Origin: Schizosaccharomyces osmophilus
Lineage: Eukaryota
DNA length: 64,000 nt
Direction of reading: 5' to 3'
Assembly: GCF_027921745.1 (NCBI RefSeq)
Contig: NC_079238.1
Span: 5,394,001 to 5,458,000, forward strand
The first letter of the stretch is position 1, and each line of letters opens with the position of its first letter. The notes under the pieces were generated by a model, which saw only the letters and a list, made by a program, of their open reading frames with translations, was not told where the DNA came from and ran no database searches. Both the position numbers and the translations under genes were made by a program. Below are positions 10,591-22,819 of this stretch, in pieces.

Positions 10591-12639
10591 TTAAAACTCA
10601 GGAGGGCGATATTCATTGAGGTAACTTTGGATTTTATCGCCTACTCGAATTTCTGGGATTCCTTTTAATAGAATACCACAGTCTCTCCCTTTGGCTATTT
10701 TTGTCACTTCGTCTTTTAAATGCTTCAAACTTTCTATCTCACCTGTCCATATTATTTTTCCTGCACGTACTAATCGAGCTTTGTGTGCCTTTTCTAAAGT
10801 ACCATTGGTTACACGGCAACCAGCTACGGGTACATTTGATTTTTTTAGACGGATGTCAAAAATTGCCTGTACACTGGCTTCACTGGGTACGCGTTGGACC
10901 AAAACGGGTGGAAGACGTTCTCGGAACAGGGTTCGAATTTCTTCCATCAAGTGATAGATTATATTGTGGAACAAAACCTTGACTTTGTGTCGTTCTGCCT
11001 CTCGAAACGTGGCTTTTGGAACAGGGACACCAAAAGATATAATAATAGCATTCGAAGTTTCAGCTCTCTCAATATCCGTTTCCGTAACCGGACCGACAGC
11101 GGCATATAAGACACGCGTTTGTAAATCTTCGTTTCGTAGTCCTTTGAAAAAATCGATGATGGCTTCAGCAGAACCAGTGTCATCGCACTTTGCGATAACG
11201 TTGAAGTATTCACTTTTATTCTCAGGAATGCTTTCCAAAGTTTCTGATGAATTCAACCGTTGTTCTTCGAGTTGTTTGTTGTGAGATTCAGCTAGTTGGT
11301 ACAATTCTTGAGCACCATTGCGCCGAGCAATATCGGCTAAAACTTCTTTGGCGGCGGACTCATTTTTCACTTGAAACACATGGTCACCTGCTTTGGGTAA
11401 CTCTTTCCAACCTAGGACTTGCGCGGCTTGGCCGGGAATTACTTGCTTGACTCGTTTGTTGTTTACATCTAACAAAGAACGAACCTTACCCCAAGAATTG
11501 CCTGCTATCAAGAAGTTTCCAGAAGAAAGTGTACCTTGCTTGACAACTATGGTAGCCAAGGAGCCAACGCCTTTAGCAACACAGGATTCCACAACCCAAC
11601 CTTCTAACTGATCTTTTGGAGAAGAGCGAACTTCAAGGATTTCAGCAAGGGTTAATATAGCAGCTTCTAATTCATCAACGCCGGAACCGGTCTTACCAGA
11701 TACGGACACTACCTGAGTGTCACCGCCAAATTCCTCTGCCTGAATACCATAATTCATAAGCTGTTCAATAACCTTACGTGGTTGCAATCCTGGACGGTCA
11801 CACTTGGTAATTGCTATGATGACTGGAGCATCTGCGGATTGAATGTGTTTAATAGCCTCTACAGTTTGAGGTTTTACACCGTCATCACCAGCTACGACTA
11901 ACACGACTATGTCAGCAATGTTCGCACCGCGCTTACGCATAGCTTCAAAAGCCATGTGTCCAGGGGTATCGAGAAATGTAATTGACTTTGAGCCTTTGTC
12001 GAAGGGAACTGTAAAAGCACCAATCTTTTGGGTAATACCACCATGTTCTGAAGCGGCAACACTAGATTTTCGTAAAGCGTCCAGTAGAGTAGTTTTTCCA
12101 TGATCAACATGACCCATCAGTGTTACGACGGGAGGTCGCAAAGGAGCATTTGCTTGGGAAGACTTGGGTTTTTGAGGAGATGCGACGGAAGTAGAATCCG
12201 TGTGTACTCTGTAGCCATACTCTTCGGCAATCAAACTGGAATATTCAAAAGTAAGCAAGTAGCTAGGGGAAACATTTTTAAAGCCAAGACGAGTTAAATC
12301 TCGCATTAATCGTTGGGTCGACACTTGCAAGTGATTAGAGAGGGATGAAACTGGGAGAACTGGAGGAATGAGAAGGGGTCGAAGTTGTTTTTGCTTTCGG
12401 GAAGCAACAGACAAAGGAGTGGGATTGCGCTCTGCACGAAGGGGAGACGTGTGAAACGAACGTGTGGGAAGATGGACAAAGGAATTCGACACATTGGAAG
12501 AGGGAATCAATTTCGATGGTTTTGCTGGTTTTGCGAATGAAGAAGAGAGGGGAGACACGGACCAAAAGAAACAGCTCCAAGTCCATGACTTGGGCATGCA
12601 AATTGTGGAAAAGGAAGAAGCGTGTTTTGTGAAATTCAT
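10591..12639 (-). CDS. mti2: Mitochondrial translation initiation factor IF-2
   Basis: [37 protein letters not shown] and IF-2 C-terminal domains; basic Ser-rich presequence. Confidence 0.95.
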   Translation of the reverse strand: MNFTKHASSFSTICMPKSWTWSCFFWSVSPLSSSFAKPAKPSKLIPSSNVSNSFVHLPTRSFHTSPLRAERNPTPLSVASRKQKQLRPLLIPPVLPVSSLSNHLQVSTQRLMRDLTRLGFKNVSPSYLLTFEYSSLIAEEYGYRVHTDSTSVASPQKPKSSQANAPLRPPVVTLMGHVDHGKTTLLDALRKSSVAASEHGGITQKIGAFTVPFDKGSKSITFLDTPGHMAFEAMRKRGANIADIVVLVVAGDDGVKPQTVEAIKHIQSADAPVIIAITKCDRPGLQPRKVIEQLMNYGIQAEEFGGDTQVVSVSGKTGSGVDELEAAILTLAEILEVRSSPKDQLEGWVVESCVAKGVGSLATIVVKQGTLSSGNFLIAGNSWGKVRSLLDVNNKRVKQVIPGQAAQVLGWKELPKAGDHVFQVKNESAAKEVLADIARRNGAQELYQLAESHNKQLEEQRLNSSETLESIPENKSEYFNVIAKCDDTGSAEAIIDFFKGLRNEDLQTRVLYAAVGPVTETDIERAETSNAIIISFGVPVPKATFREAERHKVKVLFHNIIYHLMEEIRTLFRERLPPVLVQRVPSEASVQAIFDIRLKKSNVPVAGCRVTNGTLEKAHKARLVRAGKIIWTGEIESLKHLKDEVTKIAKGRDCGILLKGIPEIRVGDKIQSYLNEYRPPEF

Positions 12640-13632
12640 TATGATAATGAAAATAAAAACACAGAAGAACTAATTACATATACATATACATTACATATCC
12701 ATAATTCAACTACAAAAAGCAACAAATACGCGTGAATTCCAAAATTGTGGGTTTGTTTACAGTGTATGTAGAAGGTGAGGATGAAGAAGTCGGTGAGGTA
12801 TGGAATTGGTCGTTACTTCTGCAGGAGAAGCAAGTGACAGCTTGGGATAACCAAGTGTTTAGGCAAAGAAACGGGTTCCCAGTGGATTCAATGACAATTT
12901 GTATAATATAATTTTATTCAGCGTTATAAAGCATTGGTTCGTTGTAATAATGTAAACAAAGCATAGAGAATGGAATTCAGGTTAAAAACGGGCAACTAGG
13001 CAATTTTACCAGAGGAAACATAGGAAACATTGAAGAAACCGACAAAGACATCTTTTGGTAGATGAATCGCACAGTCTAAACAATCTCTTTCACCGCTGTA
13101 GATACGAATGGTGGAAGCTGAGAAATTCAAAAGCCCAGAAAAATTACTCGCTAACCTCATTTCTTAAAAAAACCGAAGCCTTGCCGTTCTCTAGCTCTGA
13201 GTTATTTTGGGTAAGAAATGGATATCAGATCATATGATGAATTGCAAAGGAAAGAGATCTCAGCATCACAAGAAAAAAATTTTTTTCTTTTTTTTTTCTT
13301 CAATCTTCTTGGGGGTTTCATTGTTTATGTGAAATGCATTTTGCATTTGTTTACGGTTATAGACTATTGACCATGGATCCTTCCTTCTTTCTATTGTTGT
13401 CCATATTTCCAACTATAGAGAAAAGTAAACCAATTGGACGAAATGTAACAGTTTAGGGTCTCCTTTCGATAGAACCCTAAATTTTTTTTTTTTTTTTTTT
13501 TTTTTTTCTGGGATCTTTGTTTTGTTTATGTCGGACTCGGCACCATTGATGAATTTGTCAGATCCGGTGATTTACAGAATCTCCTCACTTTTCATTACTT
13601 TTTTCCATACCTTATTTAATACAAAGGTCATT

Positions 13633-13646
13633 TGATAAACAGATAA
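13633..13646 (+). promoter_or_regulatory. Tandem WGATAA sites upstream of fet4, candidate Fep1 (iron) elements
   Basis: TGATAA at 13633 and AGATAA at 13641, about 490 bp before the ATG; short motifs, so the assignment is inference. Confidence 0.3.
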
Positions 13647-14128
13647 ATATCCAAGCGATTCTACTAACAAATCCTTACTTTACTTTTTTTTTGCAAGGCT
13701 TTGCAAGAGTTTGGATTGCCTTTTTTCTGTGCTTTTCTTCTTCAGTTTGTAATTTGTTATTCGTAGTTTCTCTTCTGTTTTGTTGAAGCTTGTCTTGGGA
13801 GAGAAATTGTAAATCTTTGTTCCCTCTATGCTTGTCGCATCTGATATTTCTTCCCCATACATTTGTTTGGTCCAGCTGTTTTAGGTAGGCAATTCCAATT
13901 TGAGAACACTCATCGTTTCTTGGTTCTTGAGTTTGCAAGTTCTCTTTTTTTTTTCGTTGTTCCCTCTCCGTTTTGCTTTGGAAGTCAATGGTTTCTTGTT
14001 TATTTATCTACTTGTAATATTTCGGCCAATTTTTACTCATTCTCAGATATCTCTTTTACGCACACTCTTTTATTCTTGTTTTTCTTTTCCTTTTTTTATT
14101 TCATATATCCCTTTCTATATAGTTTCCA

Positions 14129-15748
14129 ATGACGGCTGTTCCTTCTCCTACCACTGAAATCGAAGTGGATGAAAAAGCAGTTACAGAGACTTATCAAGTC
14201 CAACATTTTCAATCTATCTTTAAAAAATGCATCCAAGCTATCCAATCCCCCGGCAAACATTGCGATATCCGCTCCGCTGCCCCTACTCAACAAGTGTTTG
14301 ATGGCGAAAATTTTCTCCATAGATCTTGTTCCCCGGGAGACAGCTGTTCAGACTACAAAGTCAAAAATGGCAGCATCGTAGAGTGTGAAAATATTCGAGA
14401 TTACATTGGTCAGAAACGCCCCAACCCAGCTGGTCGTATCTTTGATCTGGTAACTCACCTAGCTGGTACTAGTTTTGTTTTCATCCTCACCTTGGTCATT
14501 CTTGTCGTTTGGGCCATTGTAGGAGGTATCTACCATGCTCCTGATAGTTGGCAAATCGTCATGCAAGATGGTAGTTCCATTCAATGCTACATTTCTGCTA
14601 CTCTTTTGATGCGCCAACAACAAAATCATCACAACCAGCTGACTACTATGATCGCCCAGTTGCGTTCTCGCTTATGCACCATTCGACGCCTAATAGGCCC
14701 CGTCCTCCAAGGAAAATCAGTTGCTTCGGCGCCGCTTAAATACCAAGATCTGCAGGATGATGTTGGCGATGCTCAAAAACTTCCTGTTGAAAACTGGTTT
14801 AGTCTTATCTGCAATTATGTAAGTCTCGTTGTCGGATCTGTCTATTTTTTTATGCTTTATTGGGCTGGCATATTTATTTGGGTTGGGTTCGGCAAAATGC
14901 TAAACTGGAGCGACGAATGGCAACTTTACATCAACACAGCTACGGCTGTAGAACTTACCTTCACTTCTGTGTTCCTTCAAAATATTCGTCATCGTCATAT
15001 GAAATATATCTCTCGTTGTGTCTCTTCCATTTTCCATATTGACGCTGCCCTAGAAGAAGCCCTTCGTAGACGATCTGGAGATCGCGAAAGGAACCCTGTT
15101 ATTGAGATTGAGGCCGAGAAAGTCAACGTTGGCTCTCGTACGATTGACTATTATGCCCATCTCGTTGGATCAGGCGTCGGTGCCGTGATCAGTGCTGCTG
15201 TGTTTATTGTTTGGCTTGCCATCGGTAATACCATGCATTGGAATTCCAATTGGTGGTTGATTATTGGAACCTATACAGGTCTCGTTGGATTTTTAGATGG
15301 GTTTGCTCTTCGTAATGTTTACTTTCGCGAAAGCAACCATTTCAACGTTCATGTTCAAACCTTAGTCGATGAAGAATACCTCCTTTTTCAGAGTCTCGGT
15401 CTTCCTCTTCCTCATGACTCAGAAACTCCGGTGAACAAATCTTTTGCATATAAACTAAGTTCGTTTATAGGATACATTTGCTCACAAGCGTTCTCTGTTT
15501 ACGCAGCTGTGATCATCATCGTCGGCTTGGTCGTGGCTGCTGGTGCATTGAGATTCAACGAAACTGCTCAGCTGTTTTGCAATACCCCGACCATGATTAT
15601 TGAAGCTGCTTTACTGATTGTTCTTATAGAAGCACATAATTTCACGAATCTGGAAAATCGTGTCAAATTTCGTAACATCCATCTTCGACGCCTTGCACTC
15701 ATGAAGGCTATGGTTGGTGATGACTATCTCGCCAACGAATGCGCTTAA
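14129..15748 (+). CDS. fet4: Low-affinity iron/zinc permease Fet4
   Basis: Repeated iron-permease segments WQIVMQDGSSIQCY, WQLYINTATAVE, WWLIIGTYTGLVGF and QLFCNTPTMIIE. Confidence 0.92.
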   Translation: MTAVPSPTTEIEVDEKAVTETYQVQHFQSIFKKCIQAIQSPGKHCDIRSAAPTQQVFDGENFLHRSCSPGDSCSDYKVKNGSIVECENIRDYIGQKRPNPAGRIFDLVTHLAGTSFVFILTLVILVVWAIVGGIYHAPDSWQIVMQDGSSIQCYISATLLMRQQQNHHNQLTTMIAQLRSRLCTIRRLIGPVLQGKSVASAPLKYQDLQDDVGDAQKLPVENWFSLICNYVSLVVGSVYFFMLYWAGIFIWVGFGKMLNWSDEWQLYINTATAVELTFTSVFLQNIRHRHMKYISRCVSSIFHIDAALEEALRRRSGDRERNPVIEIEAEKVNVGSRTIDYYAHLVGSGVGAVISAAVFIVWLAIGNTMHWNSNWWLIIGTYTGLVGFLDGFALRNVYFRESNHFNVHVQTLVDEEYLLFQSLGLPLPHDSETPVNKSFAYKLSSFIGYICSQAFSVYAAVIIIVGLVVAAGALRFNETAQLFCNTPTMIIEAALLIVLIEAHNFTNLENRVKFRNIHLRRLALMKAMVGDDYLANECA

Positions 15749-16048
15749 ATCATCATCCCTTCTTGTATTTATTCATTTCTTTTTATCTATTTTTCTTTAG
15801 AGCGTGAACCCTTTTAATGACATGAAATGAACAACAAAACAAAAGTGCTTTTGACAGAATCCAAATATCCATAGACTCAATGAACTCTGCCAAGCAGTTT
15901 CTATATTAATTGTTCCAATACAGCAACAAACTTATTTCTTTTCCCATTTCCTTTTTTTTTGATCATTTATAACTTTACAAAAGAATCATGAACCAATAAG
16001 TATCAATATTCTAACATATTGGTTTTTATTTTTCTGTAGCCATAAGCT

Positions 16049-16121
16049 GCTCCCGTGGCCTAATGGCTAGGGCATTTGACTTCTAATCAAGGGACTGCGG
16101 GTTCGAGTCCCGCCGGGAGCT
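16049..16121 (+). tRNA. tRNA-Arg(UCU)
   Basis: Acceptor GCTCCCG/CGGGAGC, anticodon arm TTTGA-CT TCT AA-TCAAG, GGTTCGAGTCC, downstream T-run. Confidence 0.97.
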
Positions 16122-16296
16122 TTTCTTTTTCATATCATCCTTTTATTCGCAATACTTATTGATAATATCAACTCGTGGAAGAGTTGTAAAATTCTTGTAA
16201 TATTTCTTCAATTTTGATATTTTCTGAACCTAGCAAAAAAGTGTGCACTAGAGACTATATTTGATATATGAATCATGAAAAAAATTATCATCACTA

Positions 16297-16367
16297 TGCA
16301 TCAGCCGGGAGTCGAACCCGGAGCGAATGCTTGGAAGGCATCCATGTTACCGCTACACCACTGATGC
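16297..16367 (-). tRNA. tRNA-Gly(UCC)
   Basis: Minus strand GCATCAG...GATGC-CT TCC AA-GCATT...GGTTCGACTCC...CTGATGC-A. Confidence 0.97.
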
Positions 16368-16597
16368 TGATTACCATAGAAGGAAAATATAGCATATATA
16401 TATGTATCAGTATAGCATCGATTCTTCTGCTTTGAAGAAGGCTTAGAAGTTGTCCTTTTACTAAAGAAAAGGAGGATTTAGAAAGTATCACCGATGAATA
16501 AAAGAATTAAAGGATTTCATTGTTGATTTACATCATTTCTAAGAACATATAACATAAAAATCTCATAAAACTTCATTGAACTGGGATTCATGAATGA

Positions 16598-17941
16598 TTA
16601 ATTTGGCAAGCTGGCAATGGCTTCATCAATGGACTTGGCTAAGATAGAAATCAGAGTATCAACTTCTTCCTTTGTTATAATATATGGAGGAGCCACCATG
16701 ATATGATCACCATGGACACCGTCGTAGGTGCCTGCACCAGGATTAAGGAAAGCTCCATTTTTAATACCAACTTTGCTAATCAAAGCTCCCACCTTGTACT
16801 TGGGATCAAACCACTGTTTCGATTTTTTGTCTTTAACAAATTCTAGACCCCAAAATACACCTCTACCGCGGATATCACCTACATGAGGATGGGAGTCGAA
16901 GGTTTTATGAAGCTGTTCATCCAAATATTTGCCGATCGCAGCAACCTTATCAACAAGCTTTTCACGAAGCATAATCTTTTGCACAGTGACAGCCGCACTG
17001 CAAGCCAATGGATGGGCTTGATAGGTGTGGAAGTTTGCAAGTTGAGCATTGCTTTCCTCAAAAGCTTTGTAAACTCGGTGGCTAACTAAGACACTAGAGA
17101 TGGGTTGATAACCAGCAGCTAGGGTTTTGGCATTGGTTTGAAGGTCCGGGGTAATGCCTTCCTGTTCCCAAGCGTGGAAGGTCCCCGTTCGACCCAAACC
17201 ACACATGACTTCATCAAGAATGAGAAGAATGTCGAATTTGTCACACACGCGACGAACGGCCTTAAAATAGCCGTCAACGGGTGTGGCACAGCCAAGACAT
17301 GTGCCTGGAACGGTTTCGGCGATAAAAGCAGCAATTCGATTGGGACCAACAACCAAAAATTCGTCTTCGAGTTGTTTTTCCAAACGATATACATACTGCT
17401 CGTCCGTTTCGCCTTCCTTCTTGCAACGGTATGCGTAACAAGGGTCTACATAAGATGTGACTTTGGGAAAAACACCTACGTAGGGAGCACGGCGAGAGAC
17501 CATTTTACCAATGCCAAGAGCAAAAAGAGTGTTTCCATGATACGATTGTTTACGAGAAACGAAGTGGGTTCGTTCGGGTTCACCACGGAGTTGCCAGTAT
17601 TGCAAAGCAAACTTAAGAGCTGCTTCCACGGCTTCTGAGCCACTGTTGGCAAAGTAAGCACGAGCAAAGACATCTGGATGTTGTGAAACAAGTATGTGTG
17701 CCAATTCTTCAGCGGGTTCATTTGTAAAGGCCATGTTGTGGACATAGCAAACCTTCTCCGCTTGGGTTTTCATAGACTCGATCACTTCGCGGTTTCCGTA
17801 TCCAAGACTGGAAACGGCCGCACCACCAGTACCGTCTATAATTTTCTTATTGTCATCTGTATACAGATTGACACCTTCGCCTCGCACAACCTTTGGAGGA
17901 GTGGAATTGGGAACGAGATACAATAAATCGTGGACGGACAT
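16598..17941 (-). CDS. Class III PLP aminotransferase (SPBC1773.03c-like)
   Basis: NSGSEAVE, SYHG, LILDEVMCGLGRTG, catalytic Lys in PDLQTNAK, and HTY motif. Confidence 0.92.
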   Translation of the reverse strand: MSVHDLLYLVPNSTPPKVVRGEGVNLYTDDNKKIIDGTGGAAVSSLGYGNREVIESMKTQAEKVCYVHNMAFTNEPAEELAHILVSQHPDVFARAYFANSGSEAVEAALKFALQYWQLRGEPERTHFVSRKQSYHGNTLFALGIGKMVSRRAPYVGVFPKVTSYVDPCYAYRCKKEGETDEQYVYRLEKQLEDEFLVVGPNRIAAFIAETVPGTCLGCATPVDGYFKAVRRVCDKFDILLILDEVMCGLGRTGTFHAWEQEGITPDLQTNAKTLAAGYQPISSVLVSHRVYKAFEESNAQLANFHTYQAHPLACSAAVTVQKIMLREKLVDKVAAIGKYLDEQLHKTFDSHPHVGDIRGRGVFWGLEFVKDKKSKQWFDPKYKVGALISKVGIKNGAFLNPGAGTYDGVHGDHIMVAPPYIITKEEVDTLISILAKSIDEAIASLPN

Positions 17942-19306
17942 CTTGGGAAGATTATTTTTAATAAGCTAGTTCTTTTTAATGAATTTTCCTTTCGTTTCTA
18001 TAACTTGGCTTAGATTTTGAAAGAGAGAATGAAACTGGATAAAGGATGTCAAGAATGTTTAAGTACCTTATAGATTCGCCAAAATTACCAAAATTCTTTC
18101 AATAGTAATAAAATTGAACCTTTGGACCTTTTGGCCCTAGTTCCAACTGGTATCCTTTATATATCACAACTCGTATAGCAAGATGTAATAATGACTGAAT
18201 CGCTCCACCATGTTACATGCAGCCATTATTGCATCCAGATAAAAATTGACACCGGCGACTCGATATTAGATAGGAAATCATAACCTATTCCTTTAGCGTA
18301 TTAGCGAACTCAAACTATCGACCTCAAAGGACGACGGATATGTGCGTTGTGTCATTCCGTCCAGTTTCTTTGGGAATGTATAATTTACAATTGAGCTCAC
18401 TTTGGTTCACAAATTTGGCGGATTTGACCAAGCTCTGTTATACTTTTATGCTTGTTACAACGAAGAATGCCTGAGCTTAGAGTAACGGTTTATTAGTCCG
18501 GACGAGGTGATCTATTGCCAGCTGTTACTTTCCAAAAAGTACCAAAGAATAAGAAACCATTGCGCATTAGTATTGAAAGAATGAAGGCGCGCTAAAACAT
18601 TGCCGTTTGAGCCTCTATGAAAACACTTAAGAAACGTTTGAATAGTTTATGCTATAAGGTAATGCATGCCTAAAATGATCGTTTTAGCATATGCGTATAT
18701 AACAATGTGTTAAATAATAAATGGGTGCTTGATTAAAAAATATGCTTAAAAAATTGTAGGTTCCTACGAAATAAAAAAAGAAAACGATTGGAGAAAGTCA
18801 TTCCGTCGGGTTTTTTTTTTCTTTTTCATAAATTTGTTATTCCTTTGAAGCTGTCTAGATCGTTTTGCCATTGACTTGATTTCAGTTCTCTGATTGATAG
18901 TGTCAGCAAACTACGACAGAAAGGTTTGGAACAAACACGAATTTTTATTTTTATTTATTTTTATTTTTTCTTTCAGTTAATTAAAGAGTTAAATCTTTCT
19001 ATAGAACAGAACGTTTACTGAAGTAGACTATCTTTTTGAAACTGACTACTGCCTTGTAGTTCATCTCGTCATTTTCCCTTGGTAACTAAAATACACCTTG
19101 CAATTACTAGGTGATTGACAGTAGGGAAAATATCTTTTTAAGATCATTCTTTGCAATCGTTTCTTCCGAACCCACCATAAAGGCTATCGCTTGCGTTTGT
19201 TCAATTTTTGCATCTCGTTTCTTTAATACTTCACAGTGATTCCTTTCCCTAACCATCGCACATACATTAATCAATACTTCCTTTTATAGAATTCTTTAAT
19301 TTGAAC

Positions 19307-20326
19307 ATGACTCAAGTTGTTCCTATCGTTTTGGTAACCGGCATCAACGGGTTTTTGGGGTCTCATACAGTAGAAGCCTTACTAGCCCATGGGTATCGAG
19401 TCCGTGGAACCCATCAGTCTTCCCATGACCCTCATTGTCTGTTCCGGAACCGTCCTTCTTGGAAAGGTAAGGTGGAAATGTTTCACATTCCGGACCATCG
19501 TGTTCCAAATGCATACGACGAAGTTATCCAAGGTGTCGATTATGTTATTCATGTAGCCACTGAAGTCCATTCGAATGGGGAGACTTCTGGTATCGATCCT
19601 CATCATACTCTCGCAGTCAGTATCAAGGGCACAGAAAACGCTTTAAATGCTGCATTCAAAGAACCAAAGGTCAAACGCTTTGTCTACGTTTCCTCCGACG
19701 CCGCCTTGAAAGGACCAAAAAATTTTAATGGAGATGGCCATGTGTTTACCGAAAAAGACTGGAACCCATTAAGCTTGCAGGACGCACAAGCTTCCAATGA
19801 CGAAGGTTTAAACTATACTGTATGTAAAAAGCTTGGGGAGCAGACTGTTCAGAAGTTTCATGCTACCCACAAACCCCATTTTCAAGTCATTGCCTTGAAT
19901 CCTCCTCTCATCCTTGGACCAGTTTTTCATCTGGAGTCCGTAAAGCAATTAAGTTTCTCAGCATGGTTTTTTTGGCAGCTCATGAATGGACGTTATGAAA
20001 TTGCTCCCAAGACAGAAATTTTTAATTATGTGGATGTACGAGACTTGGCGGAAGCAGAAGTGCTTTCGCTCACGGCTGATACCAAGGAACCTAGAGTCAT
20101 CGTTTGTGCTGGCGATCTCAGCAATGACAAAATCGTGAATACTCTTATCCCCCAATTTCCTCAATTCCAAGAAAAGATTGCGAAGCCGAATGGTCAGCCT
20201 TCCACATGCAATTATAAAATTGATGCTTCATTGTCCAAATCTGCCCTTGGCGTCCAGTATCGTCCTCATGAAGAAACGTTTTACGATGCCGCTGAATCTT
20301 TATACCGTCTTGCTGGATTTTTTTAA
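19307..20326 (+). CDS. Extended SDR, Gre2-like NADPH methylglyoxal/aldehyde reductase (SPBC1773.04-like)
   Basis: VLVTGINGFLGSH, catalytic YxxxK (YTVCK) and YVDVRDLAE; first ATG at 19307. Confidence 0.9.
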   Translation: MTQVVPIVLVTGINGFLGSHTVEALLAHGYRVRGTHQSSHDPHCLFRNRPSWKGKVEMFHIPDHRVPNAYDEVIQGVDYVIHVATEVHSNGETSGIDPHHTLAVSIKGTENALNAAFKEPKVKRFVYVSSDAALKGPKNFNGDGHVFTEKDWNPLSLQDAQASNDEGLNYTVCKKLGEQTVQKFHATHKPHFQVIALNPPLILGPVFHLESVKQLSFSAWFFWQLMNGRYEIAPKTEIFNYVDVRDLAEAEVLSLTADTKEPRVIVCAGDLSNDKIVNTLIPQFPQFQEKIAKPNGQPSTCNYKIDASLSKSALGVQYRPHEETFYDAAESLYRLAGFF

Positions 20327-20549
20327 AGGACTCTAAAATAGGTCGTTACGCGTTATCTAGATGACTATCCTTTCTACTTTCTACTATATCATTCTGTTTT
20401 AGTGACCGTATAAAATCCAACAATTTCATCTCATTAACACTAGCATTTTCATTTTTCATCAAGCATATAAAACATGTTAGGGAAAGAGGTCGTAAACAAA
20501 AAGGATATTATCAATTAGAAGAAAAAAAGGGAATCCAAGAAATGAATGC

Positions 20550-21632
20550 TTACTCTTTTTCAGGACCCTCGATAATTACTTTAAGGACACCATTCTCACC
20601 GCTTGCGGTTTTCTTGTATGCCTCCAAAGCATCTTCAAACTTGTACTTGTGGGTAATAAGAGGCCGAAGCTTGACGAGACCACTGGATACTAAAAACGTG
20701 GCTTGATCATAACAGCCAGCCCGATAACGGAAACTTCCAAGGATGTTGAGCTCATTGTTCACGATGTGGTTGATGGGAAATTGAACGACAGGCTTACCGT
20801 TTCCAGCTTGAACAAACGTGGCACCCGGTTTCAAACACAAGACGGCAGTGTGGATGCAAATCTCTACACCAGTGGCATCTACGGCAAAATCAAACTCACC
20901 ATGCTTGTCAACGATGGCATTTCGGTAGCGACGGGCATATTCAGGTAATGACTCATTAGCACGAGTCTCAATGGGTGTAAAAGGGAGAGCATCGGCATAC
21001 TTTTGGGCAAATTCGACGCGAGAAACAGAAGTATCGACCGCGACAACGTCGGAAGCACCATAAGCTTTAGCAACAGCCATCAATAAAAGACCAACGGTTC
21101 CGCATCCCATGACCAAAACGCGAGAGCCAGCGCGCAAGTTGGCTCGGGAACAACAATGGACGGCCACACTCAATGGCTCAAACATGGCAGCCTCATCCAA
21201 TGCAACTTGAGGGGGCAATTTGGTTAAGAAATCTTCGGGAACGATATAATGAGTGCGCAAAGTCCCGTCGTAAGGTGGAGTGGCAGCAAATTGCATATGA
21301 GGGCACAAATTGTAGCGACCTTCACGACAATATTCACAGTGACGACAAACGATACCAGGTTCAACGGCAACATGATCACCTGGGTTGACTGAACGAACAC
21401 CCTTGCCGACTTCCACTACGATGCCGGCACTTTCATGACCCAGAATCATGGGTTTTTTGAGGATAAAGTCGCCAATTCCACCCTCTTTCCAGTAATGAAC
21501 GTCGCTTCCACAGATTCCCGTGGCCTTGATGGCCACTTTCACATCGTGGTATCCGTCCACCACCTCATCTGGACGCTCCTCGATAGCTGTATCCATTGGC
21601 TTGCGCAAGACGAATGCTTTTTGGGTAGCCAT
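20550..21632 (-). CDS. tms1: Sorbitol/hexitol dehydrogenase (zinc MDR)
   Basis: GICGSDVHYW, GHESAG, CxxCxxC...C, FAATPPYDG and GSFRY; ATG at 21632. Confidence 0.93.
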   Translation of the reverse strand: MATQKAFVLRKPMDTAIEERPDEVVDGYHDVKVAIKATGICGSDVHYWKEGGIGDFILKKPMILGHESAGIVVEVGKGVRSVNPGDHVAVEPGIVCRHCEYCREGRYNLCPHMQFAATPPYDGTLRTHYIVPEDFLTKLPPQVALDEAAMFEPLSVAVHCCSRANLRAGSRVLVMGCGTVGLLLMAVAKAYGASDVVAVDTSVSRVEFAQKYADALPFTPIETRANESLPEYARRYRNAIVDKHGEFDFAVDATGVEICIHTAVLCLKPGATFVQAGNGKPVVQFPINHIVNNELNILGSFRYRAGCYDQATFLVSSGLVKLRPLITHKYKFEDALEAYKKTASGENGVLKVIIEGPEKE

Positions 21633-22819
21633 AACGCACAACGAAAGCAAAAAATTCTACCAAGAATAAATAGAGAATCAAAATAGAAGAAAGAAAAGTT
21701 ACAAGGAACCAAAAGAAACTTAGATCCACTCTAACAAATACTTTTTAGATGAATGTGAACTTGGTTTGACAGTACAATACGATTGACCGTCGAACTAGAA
21801 TTGCAGATAGAGGAACAAGTAGACCGTGAATAGAATAAGTCAAGAAGAGAATAGTTTGTTTCGCTTTTCTGTTGATTTTGATAGTTCCATATCGTTCTAT
21901 TTATATTACGACATGCGGGTGTTTGCCTAGTAAACGTAATATTCATCATGTTAGAAAGTCCCCTCCCTCTTACGTTGTAAGACTAAAAAAAGGTACGAGA
22001 TTCCGTGGAATTCCAACCCAAGGTTTGAGCCCAAGCCTAATTATTCCCTGTTGGTGTAGACACAAAGCAGGGAAAGACCAGCGGCGACAAATGGCAGTTT
22101 TCAAGGTTCAACTTCAGCAGGAACCGCAGGAAGGATAAGGTTTCATGTATATTGGAGTCATCATTTCTCCTCATTGCTCCTTTTCTGCTTTTAATCGATT
22201 TGCTTATGAGGTGCACGTCTATGGTAGGCATTAATACCTTGATACCTTCGGCAAGTTTGTCGAATACAAGGTTCGTCTTGATATTCCTCTATGGTGGATT
22301 ACGTCGAACAGTGAAAAAAGCGGAGATTCCAAAGATTGCTAGGGAAGATATAAAAGGAAGGATTCATCCAGAAAGAGCGTCTTTGAAAGCTCTTCAAGGC
22401 CTCTTCAAATACTCTCTTGAAACGTAATCAGTCAGTCATATGGTAAGCATATAACTGTAAGATCACAGAGAGGTTTTGTAGGACAATGTAAACCAAGTCA
22501 AGCACAATAACGAAAGGAATGAACTTTAGTGGACTAGAAAAGTTTGATGTTGAAAAAGTTGGCATATGCTGTTACATGCTAGCGCAAAGAAAAAAGCTAG
22601 AACAACGAGAACAACGAAAGAAAGCTGGATTCCACGGATGAATCAATTTTTATTCGATTTCTATTCTATTCATCTCTGCTTGGCCAAATTAGAAAAGACA
22701 AAATCTATATCATTACTAAAGTCATCCTTGAACATCATCATCATCACCATCACCATAGGAGCCGAATGGACAAATTTACGAGATGAGCCCTGTCCATTCA
22801 GAAATACTATACTTTACAT

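Noticed and set aside
18901..18920. TGTCAGCAAACTAC resembling the start of a Tf LTR; also TGTCACAA at 53361 and 56044
   Set aside because: Only 9-14 nt of similarity, with no matching LTR body, end or 5-bp target duplication.
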